From the NCBI GenBank assembly GCA_949290705.1, contig CASESI010000022.1, positions 199,921 to 263,920 of the forward strand: a stretch of 64,000 nucleotides of DNA. Direction: 5' to 3'. Made by a program: the position numbers and the translations under genes. Origin of the DNA: an uncultured Holosporaceae bacterium (lineage in GTDB: Bacteria > Pseudomonadota > Alphaproteobacteria > UBA3830 > CASESI01). The notes below the pieces were generated by a model that was not told the DNA's origin, searched no databases, and saw nothing but the letters and a program-made list of their open reading frames with translations. Shown here one piece after another: positions 47,839 through 56,666 of this stretch; position 1 is the stretch's first letter, and each line of letters begins with the position of its first letter.

Positions 47839-49887
47839 ATGAGTGACGATCAGAAAGAAAAAATTGTGCAACAATCTGAAGAAGTTAACCAGGCAGTAGA
47901 AGAGCAGATTGCTGATAAAAAAAAGAAAGCTGACGCTATAAAGGAATATATCACTAATAAGCGTGATACTATGTACGATAATGTGAATTATGATGAAATG
48001 CAACCAGATCAACTATTTGCATACATTAAACAACAAATTGATAACGGAAATGTCTTTCATGCATATTCTGTGGCGGGACGCTTTTATGAAGATTATTCTC
48101 AGCATATAAAAGCAAAAGAAATTTATGCATTAAGTCTTTTAAAAACTGGTGCTGTTGATGATGCAAAGAACATAGTTAATTCATTAATTCCTTATGGGGA
48201 TGTGGAGGCAATTAAAAATTCTAATTTTGTGAAGGATACTGATTTTGCAACTCTTTCTGGTATTGCACACATATATACAGAAATTTGGACTTTTTCAAAA
48301 GATTGTAAAGATTTAGATGTATCAAGGGAACTTTATATTGCAAGTTTTAACAAAAATAACCAGGATATAGGTAGCGGTATAAATGCGGCTTGGTTATCTT
48401 GGATTACTGGTGAGGATGAATTGTCATACAATATTGTTGCAAAGGTTTTAGATTTATTACCTCAACTTGGATTGAATGCAACTTTTGATCAAATGATATT
48501 TCTTGCCGAGGCACAGTTAATTCTTGGGAGATATGATGATGCAATAAGAATTTATTCTGAAGCAATGACAAAGCAAGATGAGTCTGATTATTTACCAGTA
48601 GTTAAAGCGCGTCAAAAGCTACTACTGTTAAAATCAGCTGGCGTGAAAATTCCAGATAATGTGCTTGAATCATTAACTCCGCCAAGAATAGTTGTATTTT
48701 CAGGACAAATGATAGATCGTCAATATCAGGAGTTTCCTATTTTTCCAAATGAGTTGGAAGAAAAAGTTCGGGATGTAATAAAATCTAATATAGAAGAATT
48801 AAATGCCAAAATAGGATATGCATCTGCGTCTGCTGGATCAGAAATTATTTTTCTTGAAGAAATGGATAAATTAGGACGAGAAATTAATATAATACTTCCA
48901 TTTGAGATAGAGGATTTTATTGAAAATAATGTTCGTTACGCAGGGCCACGTTGGGAAAAAAGATTTGAAAAAATTATAAAAAAGGCCCATTCTGTGTCAT
49001 TTTCTGTAGATGATAAATTTCTTGGGCATAGCATGTTGTATAGATTTTCTAATCAAATCATTCAAGGTACAGCAGTGATGCGAGGAAAATTTTTAACATC
49101 TGATCCTCACTTGATAATTCTTTGGGATAGTTTAGAAGAAGGCAAACCTGGTGGACCATCGGATTTTATTGATCAGTGGACGAATATCGATACTCTGCAT
49201 ATCATAGATATAGATTCTTTGAACCCAAATAAAAAAAACAGATCAGAGAGGAAAATGCTAACGGAATCCAATATTAACAAAGTTTTTAAAGATCCATTAA
49301 CTCTACATCTTCCTGAACGTAGCATAAGATGCATGATGTTTTCTGATTTTCATGGTTATAGTAAATTGCAGGATGAACATATTCCTGATTTCTTGGATTT
49401 CATGCAAAAACTTAAAAATGCAATTTCTGAAATAGATTTGCCACTTGAATCGATTAATACTTGGGGAGATGCTGTTTTCGCTGTAACAAAAGATCCGATT
49501 GTAATGGCAGATTTTGCTTTATTGTTTTGTGATGTTGTGACACGCTTGGGAAGGTGTTATCCAAAGTTTCCTCTTCCTATTTTGGCGAGAATATCTCTTC
49601 ATTCTGGTCCTGTATATAAAGCAATAGATCCATTTTTAGAGAAAGAGAATTTTTATGGAGGCCACATAAACAGAGCTGCTCGTCTGGAGCCTGTCACAAA
49701 AGTAGGACAAGTTTATGCAACGCAGCAATTTGTTTCAGTATTGCATTCTGAAGTAAACAAAATAAGGAACGAATGCTTGCAAAAGGATTTAGTATTCGTA
49801 GAAAAATTTACTACAGAGTACGTAGGTATTATTCCATTAGCAAAAAATTTTGGAAGTCAGGAAGTATATCACATTCGAAAAATATAA
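47839..49887 (+). CDS. Helical (TPR-like) / SLOG-like / class III nucleotidyl cyclase fusion protein
   Basis: 682 aa. The C-terminal cyclase has metal Asp residues (MFSDFHGYS, TWGDAVFAV) and transition-state Asn/Arg (GGHINRAARLE). The middle region reads IVVFSGQMID...FP...ASASAGSEIIFLEE...INIILPF (LOG/SLOG-like Rossmannoid, inference). The N-terminal half is helical with GINAAWL. Confidence 0.8.
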   Translation: MSDDQKEKIVQQSEEVNQAVEEQIADKKKKADAIKEYITNKRDTMYDNVNYDEMQPDQLFAYIKQQIDNGNVFHAYSVAGRFYEDYSQHIKAKEIYALSLLKTGAVDDAKNIVNSLIPYGDVEAIKNSNFVKDTDFATLSGIAHIYTEIWTFSKDCKDLDVSRELYIASFNKNNQDIGSGINAAWLSWITGEDELSYNIVAKVLDLLPQLGLNATFDQMIFLAEAQLILGRYDDAIRIYSEAMTKQDESDYLPVVKARQKLLLLKSAGVKIPDNVLESLTPPRIVVFSGQMIDRQYQEFPIFPNELEEKVRDVIKSNIEELNAKIGYASASAGSEIIFLEEMDKLGREINIILPFEIEDFIENNVRYAGPRWEKRFEKIIKKAHSVSFSVDDKFLGHSMLYRFSNQIIQGTAVMRGKFLTSDPHLIILWDSLEEGKPGGPSDFIDQWTNIDTLHIIDIDSLNPNKKNRSERKMLTESNINKVFKDPLTLHLPERSIRCMMFSDFHGYSKLQDEHIPDFLDFMQKLKNAISEIDLPLESINTWGDAVFAVTKDPIVMADFALLFCDVVTRLGRCYPKFPLPILARISLHSGPVYKAIDPFLEKENFYGGHINRAARLEPVTKVGQVYATQQFVSVLHSEVNKIRNECLQKDLVFVEKFTTEYVGIIPLAKNFGSQEVYHIRKI

Positions 49888-49961
49888 AAATATTATCTAC
49901 TTTCTTTTTATAAAAAATTTTAATAAAATCGCTGGTATAATTATAAGAAGAGGTGGAGATC

Positions 49962-50546
49962 ATGATAGTGCAACAATTAGCCTTTAATAGACAAGATTTA
50001 GTTCCATATATGTCGGAAAAAACTTTGTTTTACCATTACGATAAACATTATGTTGGCTATATTAATAAAGTAAAAAAACTTGTTAAAAATACAGACCTTG
50101 AGGATAAACCATTGGATGAGATTTTAGAGCATTCCAAGAATCCGATGCTAATAAAGAACGCCCATCAGATTTTAAATCATGAATTTTTTTGGAAATCGAT
50201 ATCACCTGTAAAAGATCAGCAAATCCCGATTGATTTATCCATAAAGCTTATAGAACACTTTGGGTCAATACAAAATTTTAAGGATGTGTTTTTTAATCAA
50301 GCGATGGATCATGCAGGAAGTGGTTGGGTATGGCTTTATGAAAAGTCTAAAGATTTGTATGTTAAAGTTACACCTGATACAGACACAATGATAGGAAATG
50401 ATCCAGCAGAAAATCCATTAATGGTGCTAGATATCTGGGAACATGCATATTATCTGGATTATTATAATGATAAGTCAACCTACATCAAAACTTTCTTAGA
50501 ACACCTTATAAACTGGGATTTCATATCAAAAAATCTCACAATTTAA
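49962..50546 (+). CDS. sodB: Fe/Mn superoxide dismutase
   Basis: The metal ligands are conserved: YHYDKH, LNHEFFW and DIWEHAYY. ATG 49962 follows a GAGGTGGA SD; the track GTG 49953 lies inside that SD. Confidence 0.93.
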   Translation: MIVQQLAFNRQDLVPYMSEKTLFYHYDKHYVGYINKVKKLVKNTDLEDKPLDEILEHSKNPMLIKNAHQILNHEFFWKSISPVKDQQIPIDLSIKLIEHFGSIQNFKDVFFNQAMDHAGSGWVWLYEKSKDLYVKVTPDTDTMIGNDPAENPLMVLDIWEHAYYLDYYNDKSTYIKTFLEHLINWDFISKNLTI

Positions 50547-53500
50547 TTATTTTATTATATATTTCGATAAGTGATTTTTTATCACATCATTGTTTTTTCC
50601 TATTAAAATTTCGTATAGCTTTATTCCATTATTTATTCCATCTTTTATCGAAACGGTTTTATCGAAATGCAATAAGTTAAGTTTATCAATTTCTGCACGC
50701 ATTTTGTTTGTTGCAAATGTTTCTAATATTTGTTTTGACCTTTTAAAAAAGGCTTGTAAACATTCAATAGTTTCAGATGGTTGGGAAAATTTGTTATGGA
50801 TAATCGCTGCGTGTAATAGAGTTTGATTATACAACAGAGAAGAGTAATTATTATATCCAGGAATGTTTTTAAGTACATGATTAATATCGTTTAACGCATT
50901 TTTAAAATCACCCATTCGCATGAATACTTCTGCTCTATAAGCTTTGGATTTCCAAGTTCCCATTCCTATATTACTTGTTTTTGTTAAAGTTATGGCTGTA
51001 TTAAAAAGTTGTAGTGCTTCATTTATTTTTCCTTGTCTGAGTTTGATTTTTGCTCTTTCTCTGATATTAAGTAGTTTTTGTAAAGCACTATACTTATAGT
51101 ATTTGCAATTGTTGATTATAAAATCAGATTCATTAAGATTATCTAAAGCTTCCTCATATTGTTGCAACATAAAATAATTTTGTGCAATGCGCCATCTTGA
51201 AGGTGCAGCCCAGCTACTAACTTTATCCAAATTAGGATTTTTCTGGAGAGAAAACATTTCATTTGCATTTGTTAATTCCAATGCTTGTTCAAGGATAGAA
51301 ATTGCTTCAAGGCTTTTATCTTTTTTGTTCACGTAGTATCTCGAATAAGCTGAAGAGATTTGGTTTAAAATTCCTGCTTTTGCATTTTTATTACGTTCAT
51401 TATCAAGAGAGCCAACCATCTTTAATGCGGCTTTGAAATATTTCATTGCAAGAGGGAAATTTCCTTTTATTCCAGCTGCTTTCCCTAAATTTCTGATATT
51501 TGTGCGAAGTATATCGTTACATTCAGGTGATTTTGCACATATTTCCAAACTGTTATTTATGTGCTTTTGGGATGGTTCGAATTGATTCCAATACAGCATT
51601 ATCCAACCTAAATCTTGTTCGATAGATGCTAGTTCAACTTTTGATAGTATGTTTGCTGTTTTATTCGAAGAAAGAGCAAGATTGTAATATTTTACTGTTG
51701 AAATATAATTTACTAAGTTATCAAAATTAATTTTAGCAAGTGAATAATAAAGCCTGGTCTTTAACAAATTAGCATCGTGTTGTTTCAATATCTTGTCAAG
51801 TTTTTGTAATAATGATTTGATATGAATTTTCAAGTGTACACCAGCACGGTTATCATTATTATTTGTGTAAATATTTTGTAGTTCGTAAATTGTATTTACA
51901 AGTGTAGATGCCACATCTAATATGGTTGAGTAATCGGTATTTTCCGCGAGAAATTGTTGAGAAATTTTTTGTACAGTTTTATGCACATAAATCTTATCAT
52001 TATGAATTTCCGCTATGAAATTTTGTTTTAGTGCTAGTATAAACTTATCAACAATCTCATCAGGATATGCAAGATACAAAATTTGTCGAGGGATATCCTG
52101 GGAATCCACAAGAGTTAGCGATAACAATAATTTTTTGAAAAGAGTATTTTGTTTTATCAATGATGAAATGGATGATGTAATGATGATATTACGGGTATTT
52201 TTATAAAGTAAAGACGACTTGTGAATAGAATTTTGTACATTTTCAAAAGACGATCTTAATCTATACATTCTCTCTAAGTATTCATCAAGTGATATAGACG
52301 TATTTTTTATATAGTAGGCTGCAGATAAGATATCTAATGGATAAGGTAGTAATTCTTTTAAAAATGCAGAGATTCTATTGTACTCAGCTGTACTTATGAT
52401 GGTATTTTTGTAAAGAACAGATGTCAATAATTGCATCTGTTCTTTTTCTCGCAATTTGTATACATATATAAAACTATTTTTATCGAAATAGTGAGAATCA
52501 TTTGATAGCATGTTTCTGGTTGTGAAATAAACAATTCCATCTCCAAGATTATTTTTGAGTTCCGGAATGAAAGATTTTACAAGGTCTATATTTTCAGCAC
52601 TATCAAATATGACATGGTATTTTCCTATATTTTTCAATGATTTCCAAATATATTGTATAAGTTGTTTTTTCTTTTCTTTTGTAATTTTGATACTTTTTAT
52701 CATGAAAAATTTTTGATAAGTATTTGTAAGTTTGGATAATTTATGTGCGAGTTCCATATAAGAATTCATTAATGTTCCTTCTGATTCGGCATTAATTATC
52801 CATTTAATTTTACCTACCTGATTATTAACAAAAACCTGTACAGCTGTCGTTTTTCCACAACCGCCTGCTCCTATCAATACAACAAATTTTGTTTCTTTTT
52901 CACTTTGTGCTTTCAGAGATCTTAAAATTGCACTATGTAAACCAGTTCTTGGAAGTAAAGAATCACAGTCCGGTAAAATAATGTTTTGAAGCATTAAAGG
53001 AACATTATAAAATTTTTGATAATAAAATATTCCCCCAAAACATATCAAAGCTATGATCAATACAACAATTCCAGTAATTTTATTAATATTTGTTTCTACT
53101 ATAGATCTAGTGCGAATCTTACTTTTTTTCTTATTTAGTGTATAATCTTCAATTTTTGCCTGGTTTATTTCTTTTTTAAAATTTGTTATTAATTTGCTTA
53201 TTTTGTTATTATCTATAATGTCATTAATTACGTCTAAAAGAATAGAATAAACATTTGATGAATTTTCGGCGTAACAATTTATAGTTGCATCTGTTAGAGA
53301 TTCGCAAATGAATATAGACTCATTATTTTTAAAAGTTTCAAGTGTAGTTTTAAAATTTTGGTCATCAGTGAATATAATAGTTCTTTCAGGGTATTTTAAT
53401 GTTTGTATATTTTTTTCAAGGTAAATTGTGGCAATGTGTAATTGATTTAGTAGATTTGATAAAATTGCTTTTTTATTGGAGGAGTTTGTTGTGGCATCTA

Positions 53501-53846
53501 ATATGAAATGTGTAGGAACAGAGTACGGTATTTTCAAAATACTATTTATTAAGTTACTGATGTTTGTTTGTATGAAAAATTCTACGTAAAATTTGTTAAT
53601 AATTGCCAAGTAATTTGGCGCTGCAAAGAATCCAAAAATATCGTCTATAGATGACCCGTTAATTTTTTTTATAATGTTCGATGTTTTTTCTTTTACTTCT
53701 TCTATTGGCATATTTAAACAAATTGACGCATTTTTTTCGTCTTGATGTTTTAATATTGCTGCTATTATTGCGAATTCATCTCTCGAAAAAGTAAATTCTC
53801 CAACATTATAATTATTTGTTTTTACGGGGAAATATCCATTAGACAT
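50547..53846 (-). CDS. STAND NTPase: N-terminal LuxR-like HTH, one hydrophobic helix, NB-ARC ATPase, C-terminal TPR array
   Basis: 1099 aa. HTH-like FSRDEFAIIAAILKHQDEKNASICLNMPIEEVKEKTSNIIKKI. TM-like ITGIVVLIIALICFGGIFYY. P-loop GAGGCGKTT (52865-52891). Walker B HVIFDSAEN. NB-ARC hallmarks VYFTTRN and LPYPLDIL. The C-terminal ~450 aa are TPR-like. Confidence 0.85.
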   Translation of the reverse strand: MSNGYFPVKTNNYNVGEFTFSRDEFAIIAAILKHQDEKNASICLNMPIEEVKEKTSNIIKKINGSSIDDIFGFFAAPNYLAIINKFYVEFFIQTNISNLINSILKIPYSVPTHFILDATTNSSNKKAILSNLLNQLHIATIYLEKNIQTLKYPERTIIFTDDQNFKTTLETFKNNESIFICESLTDATINCYAENSSNVYSILLDVINDIIDNNKISKLITNFKKEINQAKIEDYTLNKKKSKIRTRSIVETNINKITGIVVLIIALICFGGIFYYQKFYNVPLMLQNIILPDCDSLLPRTGLHSAILRSLKAQSEKETKFVVLIGAGGCGKTTAVQVFVNNQVGKIKWIINAESEGTLMNSYMELAHKLSKLTNTYQKFFMIKSIKITKEKKKQLIQYIWKSLKNIGKYHVIFDSAENIDLVKSFIPELKNNLGDGIVYFTTRNMLSNDSHYFDKNSFIYVYKLREKEQMQLLTSVLYKNTIISTAEYNRISAFLKELLPYPLDILSAAYYIKNTSISLDEYLERMYRLRSSFENVQNSIHKSSLLYKNTRNIIITSSISSLIKQNTLFKKLLLSLTLVDSQDIPRQILYLAYPDEIVDKFILALKQNFIAEIHNDKIYVHKTVQKISQQFLAENTDYSTILDVASTLVNTIYELQNIYTNNNDNRAGVHLKIHIKSLLQKLDKILKQHDANLLKTRLYYSLAKINFDNLVNYISTVKYYNLALSSNKTANILSKVELASIEQDLGWIMLYWNQFEPSQKHINNSLEICAKSPECNDILRTNIRNLGKAAGIKGNFPLAMKYFKAALKMVGSLDNERNKNAKAGILNQISSAYSRYYVNKKDKSLEAISILEQALELTNANEMFSLQKNPNLDKVSSWAAPSRWRIAQNYFMLQQYEEALDNLNESDFIINNCKYYKYSALQKLLNIRERAKIKLRQGKINEALQLFNTAITLTKTSNIGMGTWKSKAYRAEVFMRMGDFKNALNDINHVLKNIPGYNNYSSLLYNQTLLHAAIIHNKFSQPSETIECLQAFFKRSKQILETFATNKMRAEIDKLNLLHFDKTVSIKDGINNGIKLYEILIGKNNDVIKNHLSKYIIK

Positions 53847-53985
53847 TATCTAATTACCTAAATACATCTGAATTATAAAATTTTATTGGATAAAATCAAG
53901 ATTGATTGTATTTCAATCACATAAGAAATAAATAATATTAGTATAATTTTAAGTATTTTTATATACTATTGTTTTGAGATTTGTT

Positions 53986-54741
53986 ATGACGCATTACTGT
54001 AGAATTGGCTTTATGTGTTTTTTATTGGTTTGTTGGAACGGTGCTATGTCTTCTGACAATGTGACTGTAGAAAATGTGCAAAATAAAGAAAAGGGCAATT
54101 CTAAACATAATCACAATGGAATAGAAAATATTAATAGATTCTTTTTGAATTTTAATACGATGATGAGTTACGCTTTTATTGATCCTATCACTGCGTCTTA
54201 TGAAAAAGTGTTACCGAATGGTTTAAAAGGTAGGATTTCAGATTTTTTGAATAATTTAATGATGCCGTTTCATGCTTTATGTGCATTATTGGCAGGAGAT
54301 GTAAAGGAGAGCATCAAAGGATTAGGATCGTTTGTGGGGAATACTTTATGTGGGGCAGGCTTTTTTAATGTTACACGTTACAAGCCTGTTTATCGAAATT
54401 TAGATGACGTATTTTCAAAGTATGGAATGAAACAAGGGGAATACTTAGTGTTGCCAATCTTGGGTCCTTCTTCTGTGAGAGATGCTGTTGCAACTGTATT
54501 GGGGTGTTTCGCTAACCCATTATACATATGTACCAACAACATTGCACATCGTGATAGGGTATGGGTTTATCATTCTGCTTTAACAATGGTTGATACAAAC
54601 AAAGATGTGTATAAGAGTATGAATGCATTGAAAAAGTCTACCAGTGATTATTATGTTACTTTGAAATCTGTGTATATGCAAAGGACATGCAAGGAACAGA
54701 CAAAAGTTGAAGATAGTACAGATTATTCTGATGAATTTTAA
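53986..54741 (+). CDS. mlaA: MlaA/VacJ family lipoprotein
   Basis: It shows the VacJ pattern NRFFLNFN...DP...Y..V.P......I.DFLNNL..P. ATG 53986 is preferred to TTG 53974. Confidence 0.85.
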   Translation: MTHYCRIGFMCFLLVCWNGAMSSDNVTVENVQNKEKGNSKHNHNGIENINRFFLNFNTMMSYAFIDPITASYEKVLPNGLKGRISDFLNNLMMPFHALCALLAGDVKESIKGLGSFVGNTLCGAGFFNVTRYKPVYRNLDDVFSKYGMKQGEYLVLPILGPSSVRDAVATVLGCFANPLYICTNNIAHRDRVWVYHSALTMVDTNKDVYKSMNALKKSTSDYYVTLKSVYMQRTCKEQTKVEDSTDYSDEF

Positions 54742-54754
54742 AGTAAGGAGTAGA

Positions 54755-55462
54755 ATGTTGCTAAAAAAACAATTGATATATTTCACGTTGCTACTGTTTG
54801 TTGTATTGGCAGAGGAGGAATATAGTTATAAAGAAGGTTCGTCTGTTGATACGACGGTTGATTCTGGCGATGTTAATGATGAAAATATAAAGGGTATCGC
54901 AAAGCAACTAATACAATTTATTATTGATAATTATTTGTGGAAGCTTCAAAGTGCAGATATAACATTCGAAGAGAAGAAAAAAATCTTTAAGTTTTGTTTT
55001 AAAAAATATTTTGCTGTAAGAAAGATCTCTGGGTTTGTTTTGGGTAAGTACGTTCGTGAAATAACTCCACAAGATAAAGAGTCTTTTGTAAAGTATTTTA
55101 CAGAACAAGTGACAGACATGTACACGAAGCAATTTGATAATTTCAGAAATATCACTGTTTCCGTTCAATCAGTGGAGGTTATGACTGTTAATCGTAAAAA
55201 TATGTATATTGTGCATACTTTGATTAATACAGATAACACAGCGGATACAAATGATACGATAAAACTTGATTGGACATGTATCATTGATGACAGAGATGAT
55301 GTTTCAAATGTGAAGATTAGTGATGTAAGTATAGCTGGAATAAGTTTGCGTACAACTTTACGAGATGTGATTCAAACTGAAATAAATGATGACTTCATGA
55401 ATAATGTAGGAGAATACATACAACAAAAATCGCAAATAAAAAAAGATTCAGATAGTAATTAA
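54755..55462 (+). CDS. mlaC: MlaC/Ttg2D-like periplasmic lipid-binding protein
   Basis: The Met17 start follows an AAGGAG SD and gives the signal peptide MLLKKQLIYFTLLLFVVLA. FSGFVLGKYVREITPQDKESFVKYFTEQVTDMYTKQF resembles MlaC. It is adjacent to mlaA. Confidence 0.65.
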   Translation: MLLKKQLIYFTLLLFVVLAEEEYSYKEGSSVDTTVDSGDVNDENIKGIAKQLIQFIIDNYLWKLQSADITFEEKKKIFKFCFKKYFAVRKISGFVLGKYVREITPQDKESFVKYFTEQVTDMYTKQFDNFRNITVSVQSVEVMTVNRKNMYIVHTLINTDNTADTNDTIKLDWTCIIDDRDDVSNVKISDVSIAGISLRTTLRDVIQTEINDDFMNNVGEYIQQKSQIKKDSDSN

Positions 55463-55474
55463 AGAGGTAATAAA

Positions 55475-55852
55475 ATGTTAGATTTGAAAAAATATGATAA
55501 GAATAATATTTTTGCTAGAATTTTAAGAAAAGAAATTAACTCAAAAATCGTATACGAAAATAATTACGTGTTAGCGTTCGAGGATATCCACCCTGTAGCA
55601 CCTTTTCACGTGCTTGTGATTCCAAAGGGTGAGTATACTTGTTACAATGATTTTATTAATAACGCAAGTCAAGAAGAGCAGATAGCTTTTTTCAAGGCCG
55701 TGGCAGAGATAAGTGAGCAGAATGATTTACTTGACGGATACAGGATTGTTTCGAATATAGGTTCAAACGCAAGGCAAATGGTGCCACATTTTCATTTTCA
55801 CATAGTCGGAAAAAAAATCCTTCCACATAAATCTATGGAAGGAGAAGTGTGA
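55475..55852 (+). CDS. hinT: HIT-family nucleotide hydrolase (HinT-like)
   Basis: 125 aa with the histidine triad HFHFHIVG. Confidence 0.88.
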   Translation: MLDLKKYDKNNIFARILRKEINSKIVYENNYVLAFEDIHPVAPFHVLVIPKGEYTCYNDFINNASQEEQIAFFKAVAEISEQNDLLDGYRIVSNIGSNARQMVPHFHFHIVGKKILPHKSMEGEV

Positions 55853-55865
55853 AATAAATTTAGTT

Positions 55866-56183
55866 TTAGTAGGAGAGCTGGTATTCACCATTCTTCTTCT
55901 TTCCTACAACACAGATGAATAAACATGCGTTGTCTCGATTGATGTAGTCTCCTTTAGGAGGATAAGTCACAATTCTAACTGTTACTTTATTAGGGGATGT
56001 GGGGTCAGTAGCGATGATCATTTCAGGGTTCTCCCATCTCTTTGCTAGATGAAAACTGACCTCGTTGTATTCTGAGCTTCCTTCTATTGCTGGACAGCCG
56101 ACATAATATTTTGTACCTACAAAAGCTGCGTATATATCGTCTTTTTTAACCCGCTCTACTAAACTAATGTTGTTTTTTGGCAT
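55866..56183 (-). CDS. Hypothetical protein, apparently the detached C-terminal domain of a paralogue of the 63297-63767 gene
   Basis: 105 aa. FVGTKYYVGCPAIEGSSEYNEVS resembles KFGTVYYGGPYGVSAEINIYS of the 156-aa protein. No good SD. The family's 5' cassette lies upstream but is out of frame. Confidence 0.45.
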   Translation of the reverse strand: MPKNNISLVERVKKDDIYAAFVGTKYYVGCPAIEGSSEYNEVSFHLAKRWENPEMIIATDPTSPNKVTVRIVTYPPKGDYINRDNACLFICVVGKKKNGEYQLSY

Positions 56184-56266
56184 CTTACTAATAAATCAAA
56201 TAATGACACCCCTTCAATTTTTGTGTCAAGGATAATTGAGATATTGGCTTTGAAATGTTTTAGTAA

Positions 56267-56356
56267 TTATGATGAGTTAGATCCACAATAATATTCTAAT
56301 AGATTGCATATAGCCTTATTAGCATTATTTGCGCAGAACGCATTATCAATTCCCAT
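56267..56356 (-). pseudogene. Truncated 5' fragment of the cassette-led gene family (29 codons, then a stop)
   Basis: The minus strand reads ATG GGA ATT GAT AAT GCG TTC TGC GCA AAT AAT ..., giving MGIDNAFCANNANKAICNLLEYYCGSNSS*. The first 11 residues are identical to the start of the 63297-63767 ORF. Confidence 0.55.
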
Positions 56357-56540
56357 AAAGCTGAAAGCGAGTAATCCCGAAAAAATAATTGATTTTATCG
56401 AAGATCTTTTTATATCATTATTTGTTTTTTTGTCATTTTTTTGTCCTCTATAGTTTTATATTAACAATAGTAGAATATCTACTATGAAAATATTATTGCA
56501 TAAAATAATTAACAAAATATTAATTTTAAAAAAATATTTT
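56323..56540 (-). repeat. Copy A of the ~200-bp duplicated 5' cassette (promoter region, uORF, leader, first codons)
   Basis: By-eye alignment with 63734-63935. One ~80-nt block (56328-56407) has about 3 mismatches. A second ~48-nt block (ctatgaaaatattattgca.aaaataattaa.aaaatattaatttt) has 2-3 mismatches. A more indel-rich stretch separates them. Confidence 0.85.
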
Positions 56541-56666
56541 CTCGAAATAGTAAATTTTATAAAAGCTTGATATTTTTTATAAAATATAATAAAATGGCGG
56601 CTTGTTAGTATTGTTTTAACTATTTTGTATATATAGTGTTACAAATTTTATTATAAGGAGATAGAA

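Noticed and set aside
47764-48012. 82-aa minus-strand ORF at the cyclase gene 5' end
   Set aside because: It is antisense to the start of the 682-aa cyclase gene and spans the divergent promoter spacer. The sequence is I/F/L-rich low complexity.
47839-49887. Calling the cyclase a Pycsar or CBASS-type antiphage cyclase
   Set aside because: No adjacent effector with a cyclic-nucleotide-binding, TIR, TM-effector or nuclease domain is visible. The idea survives only as a speculative note on product specificity.
56323-56540. Interpreting the two ~200-bp repeats as a MITE/IS remnant or as boundaries of a mobile island carrying tlc
   Set aside because: There are no terminal inverted repeats, target-site duplications, transposase or integrase. 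Each copy coincides with the 5' end of a paralogous minus-strand gene, and the DNA between them is essential housekeeping (rimM, trmD, rplS, rpmF, plsX).
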